Shown here piece after piece: positions 1 to 10,129 of a stretch of DNA of 64,000 nt. The stretch lies in the IMG/VR virus record IMGVR_UViG_3300043449_000692, positions 32,212 to 96,211 of that record. One strand, written 5' to 3'. The number at the start of each line of letters is the position of its first letter. The stretch's first letter is position 1. Under the pieces are notes generated by a model. That model searched no databases. It was not told the DNA's origin and worked only from the letters and a program-made list of their open reading frames with translations. The position numbers were made by a program, and so were the translations under genes. The stretch is from a virus.

Positions 1-823
1 CTACGGAGTTGTTGGCTAACGCCCTTTGGGGGTTGTCCAACCACCACTGCCCAACCTTTGCATCACGCATCCTCTCGTCCGTGAGATTGGATAGCGAGAT
101 AAGAGCCGATCTACGGACGCCCCCGACAACGACAATCTCTGCAATCTTACAGATAATGTCGTGACATTCGATGGAGGTGAGTTTTCTGCCAGCACTCTTC
201 TTAAAAGTGCTGACGGTAAATCGGAACAGGTCTTCAAGCGGCTGAGGTCCACTTGCTCGTCCACCGAAAGTCTTGAGGCGCGAACCAGCAGGACGAATGT
301 TAGACAAGTCCCATCGTGGGATCTGACCTCCAATAAGTAGGGATACCAATTCTCGGTAGGCTTTTGCCCATCCTTCTTTGGAGTCCTTGACCACAATGAG
401 AGTATCGCTGTTCGTAAACTCTTCAGCGATTGTAGGAAGTTTTTCAACATACTGGCGCTCCACGCTAAAGCCCACACCAGTCCCGCACATGAGAACATAC
501 AGGATCTCATCGAATGCACGAACCTTGTTGACCGCGATGTACGAGCAGTTGTAGCCAGCGGTGTTGTCGCGCTTGAGTGCTTCTCCTGCGGTCATCAGCG
601 ACCGCATGGAAGGCATTACCTCAAGGTTGAGAACCGCTTCACGGAGTTCTTCGCGGACTGCCTTATTTATCTTCACGCCCCGCTCGGTGAAATGCTCGTC
701 AAAGAAGCGGAAGTAACGGTCAACCGTTTCTTCCCAAGACTCGCGGCGTTTCTCGGATTCAATCCAACGGCTGTAACGGGAAAGATGGATAAAATCCTGA
801 TAGAGGGTAGGCAATCGCTTCAT
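1..823 (-). CDS. nrdJ: Class II (adenosylcobalamin-dependent) monomeric ribonucleotide reductase, N-terminal part; runs off the window start
   Basis: Manual translation from ATG at 823 (GGAG RBS upstream): MKRLPTLYQDFIHLSRYSRW...WEETVDR...VMPSMRSLMTAG...NCSY...GTGVGFSV...IRPAGSRLKTFGGRASGPQPL...VVVGGVRRSALISLS...NNSV. These are RTPR/NrdJm hallmark motifs. Missing from the ORF track because it is truncated. Confidence 0.92.
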   Translation of the reverse strand, partial: MKRLPTLYQDFIHLSRYSRWIESEKRRESWEETVDRYFRFFDEHFTERGVKINKAVREELREAVLNLEVMPSMRSLMTAGEALKRDNTAGYNCSYIAVNKVRAFDEILYVLMCGTGVGFSVERQYVEKLPTIAEEFTNSDTLIVVKDSKEGWAKAYRELVSLLIGGQIPRWDLSNIRPAGSRLKTFGGRASGPQPLEDLFRFTVSTFKKSAGRKLTSIECHDIICKIAEIVVVGGVRRSALISLSNLTDERMRDAKVGQWWLDNPQRALANNSV

Positions 824-851
824 AGGTTTACTCCTGTTTTGTTGGGTAGAG

Positions 852-858
852 TATGTAG
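852..858 (-). promoter_or_regulatory. Putative gp55-dependent late promoter CTACATA upstream of nrdJ
   Basis: Intergenic match to the recurring MTAMATA motif, just downstream of a terminator. Confidence 0.55.
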
Positions 859-867
859 GGTGCATCA

Positions 868-895
868 TAACAAGAAGAGGGGCTTTCGCCCCTCT
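868..895 (-). terminator. Intrinsic terminator
   Basis: AGAGGGGC-GAAA-GCCCCTCT hairpin (876-895) followed by TCTTGTTA on the minus strand. Confidence 0.8.
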
Positions 896-920
896 AAAGT
901 AATCGGATGAGTATTTGGTT

Positions 921-1136
921 TTAGAAGTCGTTTGATGCAACTTCTTCGAAAATATCTGGACTGAAATAGGGTAGGCGTTTCCCGCACAGCAGTCCTTCCA
1001 CGATGCAGCGACTAGTGTCTTGTGCAATCTCTCCGAAATAAATGAAACGATCCTCCGCCTTCATGTCGTAGTTGATCGCGTCAGCACAGGCAGGATCTTT
1101 GAGTTTTACTATGGATAGTGGTCTTGGGTTAGGCAT
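921..1136 (-). CDS. Hypothetical protein (71 aa)
   Basis: GGAG RBS, fills the gap between the upstream gene and the terminator. Confidence 0.7.
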   Translation of the reverse strand: MPNPRPLSIVKLKDPACADAINYDMKAEDRFIYFGEIAQDTSRCIVEGLLCGKRLPYFSPDIFEEVASNDF

Positions 1137-1146
1137 GAATTACTCC

Positions 1147-2004
1147 TTAAGAGAACAGTAGAATTTCACGATTGCACTGGCGGCGTATTCTTGCTCCCGC
1201 GTAATCTATCAGCAGAAGCCTCGCATTAACACTTGCGGTTCCTGCCTTGGTTACACCAAGCACAACTCCCATATAGTCTGCTGTTGCGCTGGGATAGCGA
1301 GCCACGGTGGTCGGAGCGGCGGTTCCTTCGGTGCTTGTACTACCTGAACGAATCTTGTATGTTGTGGTATAGGTTCCGTCCTGTGCAATCTCAACACAGA
1401 GGTACAGGCGATATGTTGTGCTTGCCGAAACCGTCACTCCTGTGTCGATTCTTTCTGCTGATGCGTCTTTGGTAAAGACCACTTTCCATGTGGTTTCGTT
1501 TGTGGTTCCGTTGACCAAAGAACTAAAGTAAACACCGTCTGCTGGCGTTGCGTTTGTTCCTGAGTTCATAAATCCGAATCGGTACTCACCGTGAACAGGA
1601 GTGGTGTTCTCGAAAATAGTGGAGTCTGTTCTGACCAGTGCCTCGCACTCCCATTTGTTCATTACTCCTGTGTTCAGGGCAGCAGTAATTCCAGGCAATA
1701 TGGATGTGTTGGTGAGCAGAAGAGAATATCCTGTTGCGTTGTTTGTGGTTCCTGTTGAGACAGAACAAGTTCCATTTGCCGCCGTGACACCGAAAGCCGT
1801 GAAATGGCTTGTGGTGTTGTTCTGCACCGTTCCGCCGTTTGCGTTTGCAAGATAGAAAACACCTCCTTGAGTAGGAGAGGTGGAAGATGGACCAGCAGAC
1901 TGAATCAGATCCGTGAAAAATAGCGTGTCCAACTGATTCGGATTTTCCGAGTTGGATGTGCCTGGCAAGACAAACTGATTCTTTGATGTTACTCCGTATG
2001 CCAT
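1147..2004 (-). CDS. Thr/Gly-rich beta-sandwich-like protein, probably virion/fibre associated
   Basis: 285 aa, GGAG RBS, directly downstream of the fibre gene, composition typical of structural proteins. Confidence 0.6.
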   Translation of the reverse strand: MAYGVTSKNQFVLPGTSNSENPNQLDTLFFTDLIQSAGPSSTSPTQGGVFYLANANGGTVQNNTTSHFTAFGVTAANGTCSVSTGTTNNATGYSLLLTNTSILPGITAALNTGVMNKWECEALVRTDSTIFENTTPVHGEYRFGFMNSGTNATPADGVYFSSLVNGTTNETTWKVVFTKDASAERIDTGVTVSASTTYRLYLCVEIAQDGTYTTTYKIRSGSTSTEGTAAPTTVARYPSATADYMGVVLGVTKAGTASVNARLLLIDYAGARIRRQCNREILLFS

Positions 2005-2013
2005 AATGTCTCC

Positions 2014-5000
2014 TTATATGATCATCCAGTTTGTGCCGTTGCTAATGAGATCCACAGCCTGATACTGAGTTGACAGCGGATATGTACTGTCGCCGTCAAT
2101 GGTCTGTGAAGCCGTGCATCCAATGGTGACCACTCCTGTTCCGCTGTTCTTGATGGTATAGCGGTTGATGTTTGAAATAGCCGTGGGCATCGTGAGAGTG
2201 AATGTTCCGCTTGTGGCGTTGTACACATAGTCCGTTCGACTAGATGCAAGTGCGGTTGTAGCACCCGTGATATTGTACACCTCTCTGGCGTACATCATGG
2301 TGTTGCTTGTAAGCGTAGTGAACGATGCGGTATATCCTGTTATCGGTGGTATTATGGCAACACTGTCTGCGAAAACGGCTACAGCCTCCGTACCGTTTGC
2401 CCACAGACGAACTGCCTGTTCATCGTTGTTTACTTCTACCTCGCTGAAACCGCTGTTTCCGAAATAGATTGTTTCTCCAGGAGTGGTGTATATTCTGTTT
2501 GCTGGATTTAGGAACACACTACCCGTGAATGTGGCTCCTGCTGCACACACACCAGCAGGCGCGTTGAGCAATCCATACACCGTTGCGGATGTCTGCGAGG
2601 TTGCACCGATCACAGCAGTGTTAGAGCCGCCACCAACAGCGTTGGCTCCGATCACAATTTCATTTATCCGATTCAGAGTTGATCCGCGAGCGTAGTAACC
2701 AATGTAAACACCACCTGTACCAGACAACATCTGATTTGATAGTATTGTTCCTGTTTCACCGTCACCCCAGAATGTTCCCGCAAACGCACCAACCGCAGTG
2801 TTGTCGTTGCCGCTTACATTATATTGAATTGCACCCGCTCCAACGGCTGTACTGTTGTTTACTGTCGTTGCAGTAAGAGTGTTTGGACCAATCGCGGTAT
2901 TGAACACACCCGAAGTGACCGCACCGAGCGCACTTGGACCAATCGCTGTGTTGGATGAGCCAGTGGTGTTCGCAAACAGTGCGCGTCTTCCCACCGCTGT
3001 GTTGGAGCCACCAGTTGTGTTTGCGGTTAGAGCAGAGTTTCCGACTCCTGTGTTGAATGTGCCGCTGTTCAGAGCCAACACATTGACTCCCAAAGCAGTA
3101 TTTGATACAGCACCGCTGGTACTTCCGCGACCAACGGTCATGGTGTTCACTCTGATGTCTGCCGCAAATGTGGCTCCGCTGGCAGAAATTCCTGCATCAA
3201 ACGAGTTCAGCGCAGTGAATGTGTTTGCACCGCCAACCGTTACGCCAGTGACCGCACCTGTTAAACCATTGAACGATGTCACTACATTGGTGGGAGAGGC
3301 AGAACCTGCATAGTTGATGGTTAGAGTTTTTCCAGACAGAGATACCGAAATATCTGTCCCACCAGTGATACCAACTGTACCTGTAAGTCCATTAAGTGAC
3401 TGAACTCCGATATTGGTGATAGTCACAGATCCTGTAGCACCACTGACAGAAATACCAGTACCAGCCACAGCAGCAGATACGCCTTGCACAGCACCAGTGG
3501 CTCCGTTGAACGAAGACACCACATTCTTGGTCAGAGCAATAGTTCCTGTGTCATCAGGCACATACAGGAATTGGTCTGCCGTTAAATATGTCTGTGCAGT
3601 AACGGTGGAAGATCCAGATAGTGTGTCACTATCATCTGTTCTTAATTTGATACCACCAATGAATGGACCAAGAAGATTTTCCTGTCCTTTCTGTACATCA
3701 ACAATACCAGTTGCCGAATTCAGAACAAGATTGTCGCTTACTTGTCCAGAAAGAAATATGCTGTTTGATGCAAGAGGAGAAGCATTTGTAGTGATGCCCT
3801 TGAGAAGAATCGAATCACCTTTGTTCGTGATGCTTCGTGTACCGCTCAGGTTGATATTTCCAGTAGCCGTGAGTCCCGTGGCAAAGTTGTTGCTGCCTGC
3901 GAAGTCTGTACGGTTGTTGAAGGTGGTTCCTCCAAACACTGTTAGTGTATCAGTGCTTTGATCACCAACTTGTGTGTTGCCGACAACCTTGAAGTTTCCA
4001 GTGATGTCAATCCGTGAGGCAGTCAATCCGCCGTTGAACCGTGCGGAATCAGTTACATCCACTGTAGATGCAAATGTAACACCGCTGTTGAATGTCTGCA
4101 CAGCCGTGAATGTGTTTGCCTGTGCCGCACACACTCCACCAACAGCACCCGTGAGTCCGTTGAATGATGTAACCGCACTGGTCGCTGCTGTTGAGCCGTT
4201 CACTGCGCCCATGAGTTGGGATGTGAGCGCAAGAATTCCCGAAGAGGCAGGAAGCCTATTTGTTATGGTTCCTCCTGCTAAACCAGTAAGATCATCGCTT
4301 GGACGCAGAGTCTGAATGCTGTTGTCACCGCTCGGATCAAAAGCAAACTTCACTGTGTCAGAGGCAACAGTGGTTATTGATTGATATGCTCCATATCCAG
4401 AAACGGTGGAAAATCCTACCGATGATACGGTTGACTCTGCGGTGATTCCAGATCCAGAACACAGACCGCCAATAAAATATTGTGTGGGAGTAAAGGTGTT
4501 TGCCTGTGCAGCACATACGCCCCCGACCGCACCAGTCAAACCATTGAAACTGCTTACATAGTTCACAAACGAAATCGCACCAGTGCTTCCGTTGAAAGAC
4601 TGAACACCCGTATTCGTGATAGTAACTATTCCCGTTGCCCCGCTCACGGATATACCAGTGCCTGCAACAGCAGCCGACACACCTTGCACCGCGCCTGTCC
4701 GTCCGTTGAACGAGGTCACCGCATTGGAAACACTTGAACCAGTATAGTTTACGGTGAGAGTCTGACCAGAAACCACAACGGATATATCAGTTCCACCTGT
4801 AAGTCCAACCGCACCCGTGAGTCCATTCAAAGAACCCACATATTGTGTGATGGATGTTCCTCCAGCAGTGTTTCCGTAGCACAGTCCCCCGATGTAGTTC
4901 TTGACTGCCGCAAGAGTGGGAATCTTGTAGGTGATGCCTGCCGCAATGTCCGCGCTCAAGCCGCTGATGGGTGCGCCAACCCATGCCGCAGTGACTCCGT

Positions 5001-5118
5001 AGCCCAAGCCGATATGGAAAGTATTCAGCGTGGTGTTGAACGCTGGCTCGGCAAGCGTGAGTCCCGACCCTGATGTGGGGTCGTTTTCGCCTCTGCGGAA
5101 TATGATCGTGGTTCCCAT
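2014..5118 (-). CDS. Long tail-fibre/adhesin-like protein
   Basis: 1034 aa. N-terminal 'IIFRRG...LTLAEPAFNT' fibre-anchor-like motif, 8 copies of VxSxNGxTGAV, and NTAVG/NTAIG-xxAL repeats (YadA-head-like). Confidence 0.8.
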   Translation of the reverse strand: MGTTIIFRRGENDPTSGSGLTLAEPAFNTTLNTFHIGLGYGVTAAWVGAPISGLSADIAAGITYKIPTLAAVKNYIGGLCYGNTAGGTSITQYVGSLNGLTGAVGLTGGTDISVVVSGQTLTVNYTGSSVSNAVTSFNGRTGAVQGVSAAVAGTGISVSGATGIVTITNTGVQSFNGSTGAISFVNYVSSFNGLTGAVGGVCAAQANTFTPTQYFIGGLCSGSGITAESTVSSVGFSTVSGYGAYQSITTVASDTVKFAFDPSGDNSIQTLRPSDDLTGLAGGTITNRLPASSGILALTSQLMGAVNGSTAATSAVTSFNGLTGAVGGVCAAQANTFTAVQTFNSGVTFASTVDVTDSARFNGGLTASRIDITGNFKVVGNTQVGDQSTDTLTVFGGTTFNNRTDFAGSNNFATGLTATGNINLSGTRSITNKGDSILLKGITTNASPLASNSIFLSGQVSDNLVLNSATGIVDVQKGQENLLGPFIGGIKLRTDDSDTLSGSSTVTAQTYLTADQFLYVPDDTGTIALTKNVVSSFNGATGAVQGVSAAVAGTGISVSGATGSVTITNIGVQSLNGLTGTVGITGGTDISVSLSGKTLTINYAGSASPTNVVTSFNGLTGAVTGVTVGGANTFTALNSFDAGISASGATFAADIRVNTMTVGRGSTSGAVSNTALGVNVLALNSGTFNTGVGNSALTANTTGGSNTAVGRRALFANTTGSSNTAIGPSALGAVTSGVFNTAIGPNTLTATTVNNSTAVGAGAIQYNVSGNDNTAVGAFAGTFWGDGETGTILSNQMLSGTGGVYIGYYARGSTLNRINEIVIGANAVGGGSNTAVIGATSQTSATVYGLLNAPAGVCAAGATFTGSVFLNPANRIYTTPGETIYFGNSGFSEVEVNNDEQAVRLWANGTEAVAVFADSVAIIPPITGYTASFTTLTSNTMMYAREVYNITGATTALASSRTDYVYNATSGTFTLTMPTAISNINRYTIKNSGTGVVTIGCTASQTIDGDSTYPLSTQYQAVDLISNGTNWMII

Positions 5119-5142
5119 GTACTCTGTTCCTCTGTATACGGG

Positions 5143-5149
5143 TATTTAG
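5143..5149 (-). promoter_or_regulatory. Putative late promoter CTAAATA
   Basis: Overlaps the upstream TAA and lies ahead of the fibre gene RBS. Confidence 0.65.
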
Positions 5150-8100
5150 GCGAATGTTCCGCCGTCTACTGTGGTGAGATTTTGCGAAATCACATTCACC
5201 TGATCGTAAAAGTCCACGGCTATTGGTGAGGAACCGTCCACTTGCACCATCAGGGGAGCCAATAGTCCTTGCCCCAAAACCCCACTGTATTTGGGATACG
5301 AGACAAGTGGAGTGAATTGATTGAACATATTGGTGATGTTCATCAGGTACATTTCACCTGAACCACCAGTATTTTTTCTCTGAACAAGCAGGAAGTCTAC
5401 ACCAGCAGGATTGTCTGATCCTCCCACCGAGTATGCTTTGATGTCTAGGCTTTGACCGCCGTGTTGGAAATCAATTGCAAAAGAAATGCCGCTGCCAGAC
5501 ACAGCGTATGTAACTCCAGCACCTGTTCTGAATGTAACCGCACCAGTGAGTCCATTCGCGGACGAGACACCCTGAACTGCACCCGTCCGTCCGTTGAAGG
5601 AAGTGACTGCTCCTGACAGTATTTCGTTCGTGGCATTCGTGGAAGTTATGATCTTCTGCGAATTGTCTGCACTGTCGAACAGTAGCAAACTTCTGCTAGT
5701 AATGGAGGTGACTGTTGCTGGAAGCGATCCTGACTCATAGGGTGTGCTGAGTAGTGTTCCGATTTTGGTGACTCGTAGAGTCCCATCATTCTTTTCATAT
5801 AAAATATTGTCGCCGCTGCTTGGTGCCGCAGCCGCTATGTTTTCTGCACCCTTAACAAAGTCTATCCTGAAGGTATATGTGTTTCCCACCAAAGCAAAAG
5901 AAATACCCTGTCCAGCAGACAATCCAAAAGCACCTGTCTTGCCTTGGAAGGACGAAACACCTTGAACCGCACCCGTCTGTCCGTTGTAGGAAGTGACGGA
6001 AAGGTGTGAAGCAGGACTATTTGACCACTGCTGCGTGGCAGAGTCATAGATGATCAGATCATTGTCTTGAATGTTGCTGATCGTGACATCGGTGAGATCG
6101 TCCAGATTGATTGCCACCGACCCACCGCCGCTTGTGGTGGAGCGGAAGGTTCCTGATTGCAGTATGAGTGCATCTGCGGTGTTCTGTAGACTGTTTGCGC
6201 CTGCCTTGACGATGAGATACCCAAGGAATATGGCATTCGTACGGGTGTTCTCAATCTCAGAGAACTCCTCAATGTTCAGGTTTGCGGCGGCTTCGGCAAT
6301 ACTCACATAGGTGGCACGACCATAGTACACACCGAGTATGTCTGGTGTCTTTGGGTAGAAGAATATCCTCTGAATGGTGTACTTGCCGTTGGGAGCGGTT
6401 GACAGCGTTCCAGTGCCATCGTCCCATCCCGTGGGATTGATCTCGGTTTTTGTAATATCTGTTACGAATCCGCCGCTGCCGTTCCTATAGTAGTAGTAGA
6501 ACGAGCAGTCCGTTTTTGCGCCATCGCTCAACACGCTCGGGTTGTTTGGATCGTATGCGTAGTTGCGACCCAATACAAACGCGGTTCCCGATGCGCGATT
6601 CAGTTTCAGATTCGCGCCGTTAGCCGAAATGGTGTGTCCCGAAATCTTGATCGGACCGAATGTGCGGATGAACTGCTCGTACTGCTTGTCTGTGGCATAC
6701 GCAACATTGGGAATACTACGAGCCAGCGAGATCACGGTGTTGGTGGGATGGATCAGCGCACCAATGGTAATGTTGTTCTCAATCTGATCGTCTGTGTAGA
6801 ATGTGGGCTGTTGGTGCAGCACACCGTTGCTGTCGTAGTACAGCCATGTGGTGGGGTGTGTAGCCAAGTAGTCAAGAGTGACCCCTGTCTGTGCGCCCCA
6901 ATTCACGAAGGTAAGAGTTGGCTGTGGATCGTGTGTGTATCCTGCACCCGCGTAGTGGATCTGTCCGCGCCCTGCGCTGATATTAAACTTTGCAGCACAC
7001 ACACCGTTGATGTCTAGTGTTCCGCCGTGCAGTAGACCTGTTGCAAGATTGGATGCGTAAATCTCTGCGCTTACGCCGTACACGGTGGGTGAACTGATGG
7101 CGAGCGTCTTGCCGCTCTGCGTGATGACAACATCTGCCCCTGCGCTCAAGCCCACAGGACCAGTGATGCCGTTCAGCGAGTAAACATAGTCACCAGACAC
7201 ACCACTGCCACCAGTGCTGCTGATGTTCACTGTGACCTTGCCGCCCACCTTCGTGGCGGTCACTCCTGCGCCAGTGAAATCAAGTGTGCGAACATCAGGC
7301 GTGATCTTGGAGCCGTTGATATACACAGCCACCTTGCCGCCGCCGCCAGTGGATGCAAGCCACCCCATGTCTTGAGCGGACACCTTTCCGCCACCCATGA
7401 TCTTCTTCAGGATCTTGTCCAACCGCTCTTCGTCAATGGCGATGGACTTCTCCTGCGGATCGTAGACAAGCGGGAACTTGGCGGTTACAACTCCAGTCTC
7501 GCCAGCATCTCCCTTGTCGCCTTTCTCACCCTTTGCACCCTTTGCGCCAGCCTTGCCCGCCTTGCCTTCAGCACCGCGCTCACCCTTCTCGCCCCGTTCG
7601 CCACGCGGACCAGCAGCACCATCACGACCGTCAGCACCCGCAGCACCATCAGCACCGCGCTCACCACGCGGTCCTTGCGGACCGACTGCTCCTGCTTCGC
7701 CCTGTTCACCTTTCTCGCCGCGCTGTCCCCGTTCTCCCTGTTCACCTCGTTCTCCGCGTTCTCCTTGCGGACCTTGTAGACCGCGTTCGCCCTGTTCCCC
7801 ACGATTACCCTGCGGACCAGGTTCGCCACGCTCCCCTTGCGGTCCACGCTCACCCGCATCGCCCTTTTCGCCCCGTTCTCCCTGTTCACCGCGTTCACCC
7901 CTTTCGCCCTGCGGTCCCTGCGGTCCGACATCGCCCTTGTCGCCCTGAACGCCTGTGTAGCCACGCGGACCCCGTTCACCGCGCTCTCCACCAGTGGAGC
8001 GAACAGAGGCAATCTCGTTCAGAACGCCAGCAAGACCTTCACGGAAAGTCTTGAACTGCTCGGCTGTGACATGGCGGGGTGGAGCGTCTTCGGCTCCAAT

Positions 8101-8412
8101 CTCCTCAACCACTTCTCGCTGCGGTTGATCAACCAACTCAAAAATAGAGTCAATCTGCGTGTCTCCTGCCTCAATCCGCAGGGGCTTGCCACGGGGATCT
8201 ATAAAGTAGTTTTCTCCCACCCCACCAAGAATCAGTGTGTTGGGATCGTGGCAGTCTTCACCCTCTACGAGCATGAACTGATCGCCCACAGAGTACGCGG
8301 AACCACGGATTTCGCGCACTAAACGAAACACGGAACCGTACTCAAACTGACCACTGGAAACAGCAGCAGTTCGGCGTGGCTCTGTGGGCTTGGAGTTCGT
8401 AGGGTCGTTCAT
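5146..8412 (-). CDS. Collagen-like fibre protein (~1088 aa)
   Basis: About 55 uninterrupted Gly-X-Y triplets plus 5 VxSxNGxTGAV-type repeats and a C-terminal 'DGGTF' motif. Start re-assigned to ATG 8412 because the track start lies inside thyX. Confidence 0.85.
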   Translation of the reverse strand: MNDPTNSKPTEPRRTAAVSSGQFEYGSVFRLVREIRGSAYSVGDQFMLVEGEDCHDPNTLILGGVGENYFIDPRGKPLRIEAGDTQIDSIFELVDQPQREVVEEIGAEDAPPRHVTAEQFKTFREGLAGVLNEIASVRSTGGERGERGPRGYTGVQGDKGDVGPQGPQGERGERGEQGERGEKGDAGERGPQGERGEPGPQGNRGEQGERGLQGPQGERGERGEQGERGQRGEKGEQGEAGAVGPQGPRGERGADGAAGADGRDGAAGPRGERGEKGERGAEGKAGKAGAKGAKGEKGDKGDAGETGVVTAKFPLVYDPQEKSIAIDEERLDKILKKIMGGGKVSAQDMGWLASTGGGGKVAVYINGSKITPDVRTLDFTGAGVTATKVGGKVTVNISSTGGSGVSGDYVYSLNGITGPVGLSAGADVVITQSGKTLAISSPTVYGVSAEIYASNLATGLLHGGTLDINGVCAAKFNISAGRGQIHYAGAGYTHDPQPTLTFVNWGAQTGVTLDYLATHPTTWLYYDSNGVLHQQPTFYTDDQIENNITIGALIHPTNTVISLARSIPNVAYATDKQYEQFIRTFGPIKISGHTISANGANLKLNRASGTAFVLGRNYAYDPNNPSVLSDGAKTDCSFYYYYRNGSGGFVTDITKTEINPTGWDDGTGTLSTAPNGKYTIQRIFFYPKTPDILGVYYGRATYVSIAEAAANLNIEEFSEIENTRTNAIFLGYLIVKAGANSLQNTADALILQSGTFRSTTSGGGSVAINLDDLTDVTISNIQDNDLIIYDSATQQWSNSPASHLSVTSYNGQTGAVQGVSSFQGKTGAFGLSAGQGISFALVGNTYTFRIDFVKGAENIAAAAPSSGDNILYEKNDGTLRVTKIGTLLSTPYESGSLPATVTSITSRSLLLFDSADNSQKIITSTNATNEILSGAVTSFNGRTGAVQGVSSANGLTGAVTFRTGAGVTYAVSGSGISFAIDFQHGGQSLDIKAYSVGGSDNPAGVDFLLVQRKNTGGSGEMYLMNITNMFNQFTPLVSYPKYSGVLGQGLLAPLMVQVDGSSPIAVDFYDQVNVISQNLTTVDGGTFA
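7493..7989 (-). repeat. Collagen (Gly-X-Y)n coding repeat
   Basis: [12 protein letters not shown]...[21 protein letters not shown]. Confidence 0.9.
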
Positions 8413-8417
8413 CCCTG

Positions 8418-8424
8418 TATTTAG
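8418..8424 (-). promoter_or_regulatory. Putative late promoter CTAAATA, 5 nt from the ATG (leaderless)
   Basis: CTAAATA-CAGGG-ATG. Confidence 0.65.
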
Positions 8425-9140
8425 GTGGGCTGGCTGTGCGTCAAAGCCGCCCATGAGTGTGGAAACAGTGGCTGAATGATTGCACCGAATGCCGCTGCAT
8501 ACTGCTGGCATTCCCATTGTGCATGGGGATCGCTGCGCTGTGCGTACACACGCGCAAACGCTGCCAGAGAACCTGTCCACCACCATTCGGTGTAGGTTCC
8601 CTGTGGCAGCACTGATCGCGCCTGTTCGGGAGCCACGCCCAACTTCAGGAGTTGTTCATAGGAGAACAGTGCTTCCCGCACACACATTTCGTAGTGGCGG
8701 CTCACGGTGTTGTACGCATCATCTATGGGCATGAAGTCTTCCGACCCCTGCTTCGCGCCGTTCGTGGGCTTGCCGCGCCAATGTGGAAAATACACGGTTG
8801 GCGGATCACTCACATAGCGGCGGGACACTTCGTTCTCGGTAAATCCAACCTTGTGCTTGAAAAGTTGGGTGCGAATGAAGATCGGAGCCTTGATCCGCAG
8901 GGTGATCTGTGGATGCGCGAACGGAGTCCAGTGCTTGTGCTTGGCAAGATACCCGATGAGTTTCTTGTCCTTGTCGGAGAGTGTGCGCGGATGGTAGCCT
9001 CGCCAATCAGGTTCGGATTCCCAATCGCTCTCCTTATTGAATGAAACACGCGCAGAGTTTACCACAGTCAGGTCATTGCCCATGTGGTCAACATACTGCA
9101 CGAATCCGTTGTCCAACACCTTTATGTTCTCGTTTTTCAT
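8421..9140 (-). CDS. thyX: Flavin-dependent thymidylate synthase
   Basis: VNSARVSF, HWTPFAH, KHKVGFTENEVSRRY, APEQARSVLP. ATGA overlap with the primase stop. Confidence 0.93.
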   Translation of the reverse strand: MKNENIKVLDNGFVQYVDHMGNDLTVVNSARVSFNKESDWESEPDWRGYHPRTLSDKDKKLIGYLAKHKHWTPFAHPQITLRIKAPIFIRTQLFKHKVGFTENEVSRRYVSDPPTVYFPHWRGKPTNGAKQGSEDFMPIDDAYNTVSRHYEMCVREALFSYEQLLKLGVAPEQARSVLPQGTYTEWWWTGSLAAFARVYAQRSDPHAQWECQQYAAAFGAIIQPLFPHSWAALTHSQPT

Positions 9141-10129
9141 CGCACTCTCCATTGTGAAAACCTCGCCAGTGCAGTCAGACCGCTGCACGAACACTCGTCA
9201 ATGATGGCTTGAACCTCTTCGGGAGATCGTCCCGCAAGCACCATGTCGTTGATGTCCTTCTCTCCGATGCTGCTGTTCCACACACAGACGGTATAGCCGC
9301 TGCGGATCGCGTCTTCCATCTTGTGTACAATCTCGGGATTGCGTGGTTCGTTGTCATATACAACAACGCAATCGCGGAAAAGTTTAGTGGCGTGAGCGAG
9401 TTCGCTCCCAGCAAGAGCAATAGAGTTACGCAGAAATACAGAGTCAATCGGACCTTCAACGGCGTACACCTTCTTTGAATAATCCAACCGATCTTCGCCG
9501 TAGACCGCTCGTCCGTCCTTGGTGAACTTCACGGTAATGTATCGGATTGAATTTTTGGAACCGCTCAAGCAGCGTCCTTGCGCCGCGAGGAGTTCCCCTG
9601 CTTTGTTCACGAATGGTATGACGATACGCTCGTCATTCGGAACGGTAGTGTATGTAGAGTCGATGGAGCGCACCCAATCACCAAACGCTTTTGAAAAATA
9701 GAACCGATCAAGGTGGGGAACCTTGCGGTTTTCCAAATATTGCCGTGCAGGGTTTGTTTCAGGCAGGGTGGACACGGGAGGAAGCCGTATCTGTGCCTTT
9801 GGAAGGGCTACAGCAGCCTCCACAGGCTTCACATAGTTGCTCTTACCGTTCTCCCCGTTTCGCCACCGTTCAAGCGCGTATTCCTGTGCCAGAGCAGGAG
9901 CCACGGTTTCCAAAAATCGGTACACCGAATGTCCTGCACCGCAGTTGTGACATTTGAAAAAATAGTCGTTCTTCTTGGGGAAGAAGAAGCCACGCGCCTT
10001 GCTCTTGCTCCGCTGTGAGTCACCACAGAGAGGACAACGGCAATTTGCAAGTGCTTGGGTCTTCCACTTGAATCGCTCAAGTTGGGGAGACACCATGTTA
10101 ATGTATTTCTTGTCGATATAGGTGGACAT
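9137..10129 (-). CDS. gp61: DNA primase (T4 gp61-like)
   Basis: Zn finger CRCPLCGDS...CHNCG; TOPRIM motifs VEGPIDS and KDINDM. Confidence 0.95.
   Translation of the reverse strand: MSTYIDKKYINMVSPQLERFKWKTQALANCRCPLCGDSQRSKSKARGFFFPKKNDYFFKCHNCGAGHSVYRFLETVAPALAQEYALERWRNGENGKSNYVKPVEAAVALPKAQIRLPPVSTLPETNPARQYLENRKVPHLDRFYFSKAFGDWVRSIDSTYTTVPNDERIVIPFVNKAGELLAAQGRCLSGSKNSIRYITVKFTKDGRAVYGEDRLDYSKKVYAVEGPIDSVFLRNSIALAGSELAHATKLFRDCVVVYDNEPRNPEIVHKMEDAIRSGYTVCVWNSSIGEKDINDMVLAGRSPEEVQAIIDECSCSGLTALARFSQWRVR

Noticed and set aside
16-910. Track ORFs 16-519 (-) and 692-910 (+)
   Set aside because: They overlap the real nrdJ frame that runs off the window
7372-8322. Pro/Ser/Arg-rich ORFs in other frames
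   Set aside because: By-products of the collagen Gly-X-Y repeat
2014-8412. Repeats as a CRISPR array or DGR template/variable repeat pair
   Set aside because: Repeats are in-frame protein modules with synonymous, not adenine-specific, differences; no reverse transcriptase or cas gene
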